DNA of 36,049 bases, taken from assembly GCA_937884235.1 (NCBI GenBank), contig CALGBT010000425.1, forward strand, positions 1-36,049, given 5' to 3'. A program made the translations under genes and the position numbers. This document shows, piece after piece, positions 1-7,366 of this stretch. The stretch's first letter is position 1; each line of letters starts with the position of its first letter. The notes beneath the pieces are model-generated. The model saw nothing but the letters and a program-made list of their open reading frames with translations. It was not told where the DNA came from and ran no database searches. This DNA is from an uncultured Pseudomonadota bacterium (GTDB taxonomy: Bacteria > Myxococcota_A > UBA9042 > CAIXZC01).

Positions 1-2429
1 CCAAGCAGAGCCACGGTGTGCATGTCCTTGACCACCGAGATGGTCTCGGCACCATCCGCCCCCGGGTAGAGCAATTGGCCACCGCCGGAGATGAACTGAT
101 GGCCTGCAGCAAGGTCGAAGTCCCCGGGACGCAACACCGGCACCGTCTGCACGCCGAAACCACCGTCAAGAACGCCTGGAAACGGGAGCGATGCCAGGTC
201 GCTACCACCGGCCAGCGCCGCCCCGGGAAGCACCGCTACCACCAGCAACAGCCCGAAAGTGATACTTGAGCGACGCCAGCAGAGCAGGGACAACAGCAAC
301 ACCAGAAGCAGCCAGAGCCCAGCCATACCGGAGCCGTTCGCAACTCCACATCCGGCCACATACTCTGCGTCCGCCGGTCGCCTGTGACCCGGGTAGTCGG
401 AAGCACCGAGAGGCGAGGTGCCAGCCTCAACTTCCTCCAGGTCGTCATATCCGTCACCATCCGAATCGGCCGCATTGGGGTCAGTACCCAACGCCCCTTC
501 TTCCGCGTCGCTCAGTCCGTCACCGTCTCCATCATCGTCACAGGCATCACCCGGCCCCTCACCGTCACTATCTTCCTGGCCCGCATTGACCACGTCCGGA
601 CAGTTATCCTCACCATCGGCGATGCCATCACCGTCGTCATCGTCATCACAAACATCACCCAGGCCATCCTTGTCGAGGTCCGCCTGCCCCAGATTGGCCA
701 CATCAGGGCAGTTATCGAGGAAATCCTGAACCAGATCGCCATCACGGTCGGGGTCGCAAATGTCGCCCGCCCCGTCTTCGTCCAGGTCCTCCTGGCCGGC
801 ATTGGCGACGGCCTGACAGTTGTCATCGACATCCTCGATGTCATCTCCGTCCACGTCCTCATCGCAGGCGTCACCAAGGCCATCGCCGTCCTGATCTTCC
901 TGCCCCGGGTTGTAAAGGTCCAGGCACACGTCCACGCCGTCATCTACTTCGTCCCCATCGAGGTCCTTCTCGACGTCGCAGTAGTCCCCAACCCCATCAT
1001 CGTCCCAATCCTCTTGCACAACGTTCTGTACCAGCGGGCAGTTGTCTTCCAGATCGGCAATGGAGTCATTGTCGTCATCAGGGTCACATGCATCGCCCAA
1101 GCCATCGAAGTCGGTGTCAGTCTGACTCCCATTGGGCGCCAGGGGGCAGTTGTCCGCTTCATTGAGCGTACCGTCACCGTCCTCATCAGGATCGCAGACA
1201 TTCCCCTGCCCGTCGCCATCGGCATCCTGCTGCACCGGGTTATATGCCGTCGGGCAATTGTCGTTTCCGTCTGTGATTTCGTCGTTATCGTCATCGACGT
1301 CACAGAGGTCTCCTATGCCATCCTGATCAAGATCCTCCTGCTCAGGATTGCCCACGGTCTTGCAATTGTCTTCGCCATCCAAAAGACCATCGGCGTCATC
1401 ATCATCGTCTACACAATCGGCAATGCCATCTTCGTCGGTGTCCAACTTGCCGTCGTCCACCAGACCATCGCAGTCGTTGTCGATGCCATCACACTTCTCA
1501 ATGGCAAAGGGGAAGATGCTGGGGTCAAAGGGTTCGCAATCATCCCCGTCGTCAGACCCATCATTATCATCGTCAAAGTCGCAAGCATCACCCGCACCGT
1601 CCTGTTCGAAATCCTCCTGACCGGGGTTCTTCAAGAAGGGGCAATTGTCCTCGGAATCGACCACCCCGTCACCATCGATGTCCGTCACCAGGTCACAGGC
1701 ATCACCAACATCGTCGCCGTCCGCATCCTGCTGCCCGGGATTGGGTACGGCCGGGCAATTGTCCAGAGCATCGACAACTCCGTCAGCATCGTCATCTGTA
1801 TCGCAAGCATCACCGAGGCCGTCCTTGTCGATATCTTCCTGGAGGGGATTACTCGTTTTAGGGCAGTTATCAACGCCATCAGAGAGCCCATCGCCATCGT
1901 CGTCCGGGTCGCAGACGTTGCCCAGTCCATCATTGTCGGTATCGAGCTGATCGGCGTTCTTCTTCAGCGGGCAGTTATCCAACTCGTCGATGATGCCGTC
2001 GCCATCATCGTCAGCGGCACAAGCATCGCCAACGCCATCGCCGTTGGTATCCTTCTGGTCGGCATTCTGATGAAAGGGGCAGTTATCAAGCACATTGGCC
2101 ACCAGATCGCCGTCTAGATCGCCGTCGCAGTCATTGCCCACGCCATCACCATCCAGGTCGGCCTGGTTGGGATTGAACAGCTGCGGACAATTGTCCTTGG
2201 TATCGGCCAGACCATCATCATCATCATCGGGGTCGCAAGCATCACCCACGGAATCATCATCCAGATCGTCCTGCCCGGGATTGAAGAGCAGGGGGCAGTT
2301 GTCAGCATCGAGACAGATGCCATCACCATCCAGGTCAGTACCGGGGAGACATGCCGCCAGCGCCGGCAGCGGGAGAGCCAGCAGCAACAGCAGCATCAGG
2401 AAGTATCGCAACCTCAGAGCAAGTACCAT
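1..2429 (-). CDS. Thrombospondin type-3 (TSP3) calcium-binding repeat lipoprotein; 3' end runs off the window
   Basis: Absent from the ORF track because this minus frame has no stop before the window edge. ATG at 2429-2427. N-terminus MVLALRLRYFLMLLLLLALPLPALAAC has lipobox LAAC. My translation shows many DNCPxxxNxxQxDxDxDGxGDxCDxDxDxDG units, e.g. around 1000-1160: EADNCPLAPNGSQTDTDFDGLGDACDPDDDNDSIADLEDNCP. The listed + ORF 384..2117 is its antisense shadow. Confidence 0.85.
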   Translation of the reverse strand, partial: MVLALRLRYFLMLLLLLALPLPALAACLPGTDLDGDGICLDADNCPLLFNPGQDDLDDDSVGDACDPDDDDDGLADTKDNCPQLFNPNQADLDGDGVGNDCDGDLDGDLVANVLDNCPFHQNADQKDTNGDGVGDACAADDDGDGIIDELDNCPLKKNADQLDTDNDGLGNVCDPDDDGDGLSDGVDNCPKTSNPLQEDIDKDGLGDACDTDDDADGVVDALDNCPAVPNPGQQDADGDDVGDACDLVTDIDGDGVVDSEDNCPFLKNPGQEDFEQDGAGDACDFDDDNDGSDDGDDCEPFDPSIFPFAIEKCDGIDNDCDGLVDDGKLDTDEDGIADCVDDDDDADGLLDGEDNCKTVGNPEQEDLDQDGIGDLCDVDDDNDEITDGNDNCPTAYNPVQQDADGDGQGNVCDPDEDGDGTLNEADNCPLAPNGSQTDTDFDGLGDACDPDDDNDSIADLEDNCPLVQNVVQEDWDDDGVGDYCDVEKDLDGDEVDDGVDVCLDLYNPGQEDQDGDGLGDACDEDVDGDDIEDVDDNCQAVANAGQEDLDEDGAGDICDPDRDGDLVQDFLDNCPDVANLGQADLDKDGLGDVCDDDDDGDGIADGEDNCPDVVNAGQEDSDGEGPGDACDDDGDGDGLSDAEEGALGTDPNAADSDGDGYDDLEEVEAGTSPLGASDYPGHRRPADAEYVAGCGVANGSGMAGLWLLLVLLLSLLCWRRSSITFGLLLVVAVLPGAALAGGSDLASLPFPGVLDGGFGVQTVPVLRPGDFDLAAGHQFISGGGQLLYPGADGAETISVVKDMHTVALL

Positions 2430-2647
2430 CGTAACTTCCGGCGTTATGGTCCAGTTCCTCAACCAGAGAGTTTGTCACCACAAACGTTAGGCACTCACCA
2501 CAGTTCGGCAAGACGCGAGGTCCCCACTCTTGTCATGTGTGAGGACCTCCAGTACCCTCACGGTGAGCCGGCATCTCTGCCGGGCAAAGATGACTTTGTT
2601 TCTTGGGAAACGCTGCGCAGAGAAGCCGCGGGGGGAAGTCGGAATCG

Positions 2648-3718
2648 ATGCTCGTCCTCCATGTAAATGACCGACTGAGCGCCCGGGGCGGAGCCGACCT
2701 CCACCTGCTGGCCGCCCTCGACCATCTCCAGGGTACCGGCTATGAGGTGGCCTTGGCCGTGGGCGAAGAGGATGGCTCAGCCTGCGCACCTTGCCCGGTC
2801 CACGTCGTCCCGGGTCTGGCGGCTCGGGATACCGAACCCACCGGTCTCGACGAACTGTGGCAACGACTCAGGCCCGATATCGTCCACCTGCACAACACCA
2901 TGAATCCCGAGGTCATCAGGTGGGCCGGTGGCCGCAGCGCGCTCATGACAATCCACGATCACCGGCTCTTCTGCCCAGGGCGAGGCAAGGTGACTGCCAA
3001 CCACCATCTCTGTACCACACCCTGGTCACCAGAGGTCTGCTCCCCCTGCTTCGACGATGATGTCTATTTCGCGCGCATCGCCCGGACAACCTCAGAGCGA
3101 CAAGCAGCAGCCAGGCTTCTCCCAGCCATTGTGCTGTCGGAATATATGCGCCAGGAGTTGCTAGCGGTCAGATTCGACCCGGCCATGGTCCATGTGCTCC
3201 CCGCCTTTGTTCACGATCTGCCGCCGCAGCCTCCGGACGGTCCACCTTGCGTGCTGTTCTGCGGCCGACTGGTCGCAGCCAAGGGAATCGACGAAGCCAT
3301 CGCCGCGTGGCGCGCCAGCGGCATTGACCTGCCCCTGGTCTTCGCCGGCACCGGGTCGGCTCGTAACCGGCTGGAAAAGGCAGGGTTTGAAGTGCTGGGA
3401 TGGCAGGGGCGCACCCGGTTGGCGGCGACGCTGGCCCGGGCACGGGCATTGCTCTTTCCGCCGCGCTGGCAAGAGCCATTCGGCATCGTCGGCCTGGAAG
3501 CGCTAGCCCTGGGGATCCCCGTGGTAGCCTGGCGATCGGGGGGCATCGAAGAGTGGCACCCCGGCGGCGAGTTGCTGGTCGAATACGGCAACATTGAGGC
3601 CCTCGGGCAAGCCCTGCGAGCCGCCCTGACCATGCCCGCCAAATCAGTTTACGCCGCCCCCATCACGCCACAGGAACGCACCGCCCGACTCATCGACATC
3701 TACCAAGGAGTTGCCTAA
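2648..3718 (+). CDS. Glycosyltransferase, GT-B fold, family 4-like
   Basis: ORF 2603..3718. I prefer the internal ATG at 2648 (MLVLHVNDRLSARGGADLHLL), a typical GT4 N-terminus. The C-terminal EPFGIVGLEALALGIPVVAWRSGGIEEW is the group-1 glycosyltransferase EX7E region. The stop overlaps the next start (TAATG). Confidence 0.85.
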   Translation: MLVLHVNDRLSARGGADLHLLAALDHLQGTGYEVALAVGEEDGSACAPCPVHVVPGLAARDTEPTGLDELWQRLRPDIVHLHNTMNPEVIRWAGGRSALMTIHDHRLFCPGRGKVTANHHLCTTPWSPEVCSPCFDDDVYFARIARTTSERQAAARLLPAIVLSEYMRQELLAVRFDPAMVHVLPAFVHDLPPQPPDGPPCVLFCGRLVAAKGIDEAIAAWRASGIDLPLVFAGTGSARNRLEKAGFEVLGWQGRTRLAATLARARALLFPPRWQEPFGIVGLEALALGIPVVAWRSGGIEEWHPGGELLVEYGNIEALGQALRAALTMPAKSVYAAPITPQERTARLIDIYQGVA

Positions 3719-4155
3719 TGAGAGCCGAGATCTTCGCCGCCCTCACCGCCATCTGCTGGGGAGTTGGTTCATTACTTGAGAAGAAAGGAGTGAAACTTGG
3801 CGGCCTGAGCCCCGTCATGGGCACCGCCATTCGCACCGCCTTCTCGCTCCTCTTCCTCACCTTCGTCTCCTACCCGTACTGGGGCCAGCTTCGCAAGGCC
3901 GGCGCACCCTCCATCACGCTCATCGCCGTCGGTGGCGGCGTGATTGCAGGAGGACTGGGCATTATCTTCCTCTACACCGGCTTGAAATCAGGTTCCCTCT
4001 CCACCGTCATGACCGTCGCCTTCTGCCTCGCCCCCGTGGTCGGAGCACTGCTGGGGTATTTCGTCCTCCACGAACGACTCTCTGCCATTCAACTGCTCGG
4101 TATCGCCCTCTGTATTACCGGTGCCTCGCTCGTCACCTGGTTCCGCTCCGCTTGA
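3718..4155 (+). CDS. Small single-EamA-domain (DMT superfamily) membrane protein
   Basis: 145 aa, very hydrophobic, about 4-5 TM segments (ALTAICWGVGSLLEKKG..., GGGVIAGGLGIIFLYTGL, LGIALCITGASLV). Its size and pairing with a GT resemble ArnE/ArnF-type small flippase subunits; that comparison is inference only. Confidence 0.7.
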   Translation: MRAEIFAALTAICWGVGSLLEKKGVKLGGLSPVMGTAIRTAFSLLFLTFVSYPYWGQLRKAGAPSITLIAVGGGVIAGGLGIIFLYTGLKSGSLSTVMTVAFCLAPVVGALLGYFVLHERLSAIQLLGIALCITGASLVTWFRSA

Positions 4156-4162
4156 GGACGCA

Positions 4163-4415
4163 GACGGCGGTTGACGCGGTGTTCGTATTCGGAATGGGAT
4201 GGGACGGGACCGAGACGACGGGGGACGCAGTGTTCGTATTCGGAATGGGATCAATTAATCCGGCCCTAAGGACCGGGCTGGGTACTTAGCCCCCTGGCGG
4301 GGGCTGCAGCCGACATGGCGAATCTGCCTCAACATGCTCGAGGAGAACTCCGCCCCACCCACAGGACCACAATTAATCCCACTCCGAATACGAACACAAC
4401 GTCAACCGCCATCCC
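4163..4415. repeat. Composite repeat: two direct copies and one inverted copy of a ~35-45 nt unit, enclosing a GC hairpin
   Basis: Unit GGCGGTTGACGCGGTGTTCGTATTCGGAATGGGAT lies at 4166-4200, with a second direct copy (GTGTTCGTATTCGGAATGGGATCAATTAATCC) at 4230-4261. The inverted copy ATCCCACTCCGAATACGAACACAACGTCAACCGCC lies at 4376-4410. A perfect hairpin AGCCCCC-TGGC-GGGGGCT sits at 4288-4305. Confidence 0.8.
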
Positions 4416-4480
4416 ACAATCCCATTGACAGAACGCCCCGCAAGGTTAACCTCAGTCCGTACTGCTGCCCGGAGATCCCT

Positions 4481-5464
4481 TTGTCTACCAGAGTTTTGGC
4501 CGTCGCCTTGGTTGTTGTTGCCTGGAGTTGCGCACCGCCTTCCGATTCCCTTGGGCCGCGGGACGACAGCGGCACACTGGGACGTTGGGGAGAAGATACT
4601 TCGCAACCCGGTGAAGATGCGGCTGCGGCTGACCTGGCCCACGCCCTGGATACTTCAGCGCCCGACACGGCCCCCGAAGACACCGCCGTCTGGTACGAAC
4701 CGCCCGAGCACTTCACTGTCGTCTTCCTCGACATCGGCCAGGGCGATGCCATCCTCGTGCAATTCCCCGGGGGCTCGACCATGCTCGTTGATGGCGGCAA
4801 CAAAAGCTCGGGATGGAGCACCATCCTGCCCTATCTCGACGATCTCCACCTGACCCGCCTGGACTACGTCGTGGTGACCCACCCCGATGCCGACCACTGC
4901 GGTGGATTGGACGATGTGGTGCTCGGAGTAGACGTGGGGCAGGTCTGGGAAAATGGCCAGGTCGCCGATACCTGGGCCTGGTGGGACTTCTCTGATGCCG
5001 TGGACGACCAGGGAATCCAACGCATCACGGTTCATCGCGGCTATGAAGAACACATCGACGGCTGCTATGTCGAGGTGCTCAATGCTGACGAAGGATGGGA
5101 CGACACCAACGGCAATAGCGTCGTCATGGCCGTCGAATGCGAAGGTATCCGAGTACTCCTCACCGGTGACGCCCACTCTGGCACCCAGGAGGACCTCGTC
5201 GACGTCTTCGGCACCGACCTGGAATCGGACGTCGTCAAGATCCCCCACCACGGCAGCTGGGACCGCTTCAGCGAATTCCCCACCTACGTCACCCCCGCCG
5301 TCGCCGCTTGCAGCGTCGGCGCCGGCAACGGCTACGGCCACCCGGACCCCGACGTAGTCGGCGAATGGCAGGATGTCGGAGCGAAGTTCCTGCGCACCGA
5401 CCAGTCCGGCAATATCACCGTCACCATTCGTGAAGGCAACCTCGCGGTGCTGACGGAGTATTGA
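4481..5464 (+). CDS. Secreted lipoprotein, metallo-beta-lactamase fold, ComEC/Rec2 C-terminal-domain type
   Basis: ORF 4334..5464. The first 49 codons lie in the repeat element. An in-frame TTG at 4481 is preceded by GGAG (4471-4474) and gives MSTRVLAVALVVVAWSC, a lipoprotein signal. Motifs: FLDIGQGDAILV, VVVTHPDADHCGG, LLTGDA, KIPHHGS, GYGHPDPDV, LRTDQSGNITV. Confidence 0.85.
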   Translation: MSTRVLAVALVVVAWSCAPPSDSLGPRDDSGTLGRWGEDTSQPGEDAAAADLAHALDTSAPDTAPEDTAVWYEPPEHFTVVFLDIGQGDAILVQFPGGSTMLVDGGNKSSGWSTILPYLDDLHLTRLDYVVVTHPDADHCGGLDDVVLGVDVGQVWENGQVADTWAWWDFSDAVDDQGIQRITVHRGYEEHIDGCYVEVLNADEGWDDTNGNSVVMAVECEGIRVLLTGDAHSGTQEDLVDVFGTDLESDVVKIPHHGSWDRFSEFPTYVTPAVAACSVGAGNGYGHPDPDVVGEWQDVGAKFLRTDQSGNITVTIREGNLAVLTEY

Positions 5465-5545
5465 CCCGCGTGTCCCGGGGTTGACATCGGCCACATCAGA
5501 CATCATCTTGTTCCCCGAGAATGTGAACCTGAAGAGGGGAAAAAC

Positions 5546-6046
5546 GTGGCTGATCAGAAACTGCTGCAGGCGCTGACCGATGCCATTCGGGCAGAGGTGG
5601 AAGGACATTCATTTTACTTGATGGCCGCCCAAACCACGGCGGATAAGCAGGGGCAAGAGGTCTTTGAACGACTCGCCCAAGAGGAGCTGAAACACGCTGC
5701 CTTTCTGCGGAGCCAGTACGATTCACTGCTCTCCTCCGGCAAGGTCTCCGAAGCCAAACTGGGCGTGCCAGACTTCCCCGCCGGATCGATGATCTTCTCC
5801 CCCGAGTTGCGAAGCAGGGTCAAGGAAGCAAACTTCGAAGTCACCGCCCTCTCCATCGGCGCTCAACTGGAGCAATCAGCCATGGTTTTCTACGCCGACC
5901 AGGCCGCGGCCGCAGAGGACCCCGCAGTCGCCAGCTTCTTCACCGACCTATCAGAGTGGGAACGCGAGCACTATCGCTTACTCACAGGCCAGCTCGCGGA
6001 ACTGCAACATGATTTCTGGGGCGCCAACCGCTTCTCGCCTTTCTAG
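5546..6046 (+). CDS. Rubrerythrin/ferritin-like di-iron four-helix-bundle protein
   Basis: GTG start preceded by GAGGGG. Paired carboxylate/His motifs: AEVEGHSFY, QEELKHAAFL, LEQSAMVFY, EWEREHY. Confidence 0.85.
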   Translation: MADQKLLQALTDAIRAEVEGHSFYLMAAQTTADKQGQEVFERLAQEELKHAAFLRSQYDSLLSSGKVSEAKLGVPDFPAGSMIFSPELRSRVKEANFEVTALSIGAQLEQSAMVFYADQAAAAEDPAVASFFTDLSEWEREHYRLLTGQLAELQHDFWGANRFSPF

Positions 6047-6067
6047 CCACCGGGCTCGGAGAAGCCG

Positions 6068-6583
6068 ATGTTCAAACTGACAGCCATCCAGGCTGACATC
6101 ACAACGCTACAGGTCGACGCCATCGTCAACGCGGCCAACCGCACTCTGCTGGGCGGTGGCGGAGTCGACGGCGCCATCCATCGACGCGCCGGCCACGAAC
6201 TACTGACACATTGCCGACGCCTTGACGGTTGCGCCACTGGCGATGCGAAGATTACCCCCGGCTTCAATCTGCCGGCACGGTTCGTCATCCATACCGTCGG
6301 TCCCGTCTGGAGCGGCGGCGACTCGGGCGAACCGGAATTGCTGGCCAGTTGCTACCAGAGATCGCTCGAGTTGGCCGAAGAACACCGCCTCAAATCCATC
6401 GCCTTCCCGGCCATCAGCGCAGGCGTCTACGGCTATCCGCTGGAGCTTGCGACGCACATCGCAGTCACGACCGTCGGTAATCACCTGACCGGCAAAGACT
6501 CCGACCTTCAAGTCACCTTCTGCTGCTTCTCCGCCACTGCGTTGAAAATCTACGCCAGCGAACTTGAAGCACAATCGAACTGA
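6068..6583 (+). CDS. ymdB: Macro-domain O-acetyl-ADP-ribose deacetylase (YmdB family)
   Basis: GDITTLQVDAIVNAAN..LLGGGGVDGAIHRRAG...HTVGPVW...IAFPAISAGVYGYP closely follows E. coli YmdB as I remember it. SD GGAGAAG lies upstream. Confidence 0.9.
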   Translation: MFKLTAIQADITTLQVDAIVNAANRTLLGGGGVDGAIHRRAGHELLTHCRRLDGCATGDAKITPGFNLPARFVIHTVGPVWSGGDSGEPELLASCYQRSLELAEEHRLKSIAFPAISAGVYGYPLELATHIAVTTVGNHLTGKDSDLQVTFCCFSATALKIYASELEAQSN

Positions 6584-6955
6584 CCGAGGCAATGGCACTG
6601 TGAGCAATTCCCCACGGCAGGCTGATGAAATGTGTGTGCCAGAATTGCGTTCCCCCAATTGCAACGGTTGAATGCGGTCTTGCAGCTTGCACTAGAAACA
6701 TCAATGGCGTATTTCGGACTATATCGCCCTCATCCGTTGCCATATATAGGTCGCTGTTATGTGTCGCACTAGTCCCTGGCCCATGCGGTCCTCACATACC
6801 CCGCCCCGCTCATACCCAACCCCCGTCCACCCCAGTAATGACCAACACAGCGCCTGGCGTAAGCCTGGCGACGCCGTTAGTCTTGCGCCTGGCGATGCGT
6901 ATCACAGCCAGCGCTGCCCGGAAAGCATGGGTGGTGCGATAGAAGCGTCACCAGC

Positions 6956-6994
6956 CTGACGGCCGGTGCTGTGTTCGAGTTTGGGTAGGAGGGG
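6956..6994. repeat. Degenerate copy of the tail of the dispersed intergenic repeat
   Basis: CTGACGG...GTGTTCGAGTTTGGGTAGGAGGGG compared with CTGACGCGGTGTTTTGAGATGGGCGGG (35903-35929) and TTGACGCGGTGTTCGTATTCGGAATGGGATGGG (4171-4203). Aligned by eye, with an insertion. Confidence 0.3.
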
Positions 6995-7035
6995 CTAAGG
7001 GCACAGCGCAATTGCCTCAACTGACCAACCCGACC

Positions 7036-7065
7036 TTGGACCACACAAACAACCAGTGCTATACT
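7036..7065 (+). promoter_or_regulatory. Candidate sigma70-type promoter (TTGGAC-N18-TATACT)
   Basis: TTGGAC at 7036-7041 and TATACT at 7060-7065, about 25 nt upstream of the ATG at 7091. It closes a ~500 bp ORF-poor, lower-GC gap. Sequence match only. Confidence 0.25.
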
Positions 7066-7090
7066 GGCCCCTCATAGGGAAGGTCATGGC

Positions 7091-7339
7091 ATGAAGACGA
7101 TATTCGGTGCACGGATAGTGTTCGCTCCGGTCGCTTCCAGTAGTAGCGAAAAGGCGAAGTCAGAAGTCCAGGAGGAGGCCGACATCATATCCGCTGACGG
7201 GAGCCTCGCCGAGACCCTCACAGACCTAGCGAACGCGTCTGACCTGGTCCCCGAACTGACGGACGCCCCCCCCCTTGACACTGCGGAAGTATCCGCAACG
7301 GATACGGCCGGTACCCGTGTGGACGGCAGTGGTTTCTAA
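7091..7339 (+). CDS. 82-aa acidic low-complexity ORF upstream of the radical SAM gene (hypothetical)
   Basis: ATG preceded by GGGAAGG at 7 nt. GC3 is about 67% by my count, slightly below neighbouring genes. Sequence MKTIFGARIVFAPVASSSSEKAK then ...DLVPELTDAPPLDTAEVSATDTAGTRVDGSGF resembles the acidic linkers of nearby lipoproteins. Ends 27 nt before the rSAM start. Confidence 0.35.
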   Translation: MKTIFGARIVFAPVASSSSEKAKSEVQEEADIISADGSLAETLTDLANASDLVPELTDAPPLDTAEVSATDTAGTRVDGSGF

Positions 7340-7366
7340 CCTTCTTGTACATGCAGGAGAAAGCCC

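Noticed and set aside
384-2117. 577-aa + strand ORF (also 418..729, 1132..1326, 1645..1950, 2095..2490).
   Set aside because: The I/V/A-rich or S/P-rich products are meaningless. They are antisense or off-frame shadows of the TSP3-repeat gene, whose minus-strand frame gives textbook DxDxDGxGDxCD repeats.
4655-5608. 317-aa minus ORF opposite the MBL gene; likewise 22683..23441 opposite the dioxygenase-like gene and 16099..16764 opposite the kinase.
   Set aside because: Each overlaps a gene with clear family motifs on the other strand and has no features of its own.
6588-6606. TGGCAC TGTGA GCAAT considered as a sigma54 promoter downstream of ymdB.
   Set aside because: The GG-to-GC spacing is 2 nt short of the -24/-12 consensus, and no suitable gene follows closely.
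6971-6994. GTGTTCGAGT string resembling a tRNA T-loop.
   Set aside because: The flanking bases cannot form a T-stem (CTGTG against TTGGG), and there is no acceptor or anticodon arm. The string instead matches the tail of the dispersed repeat.
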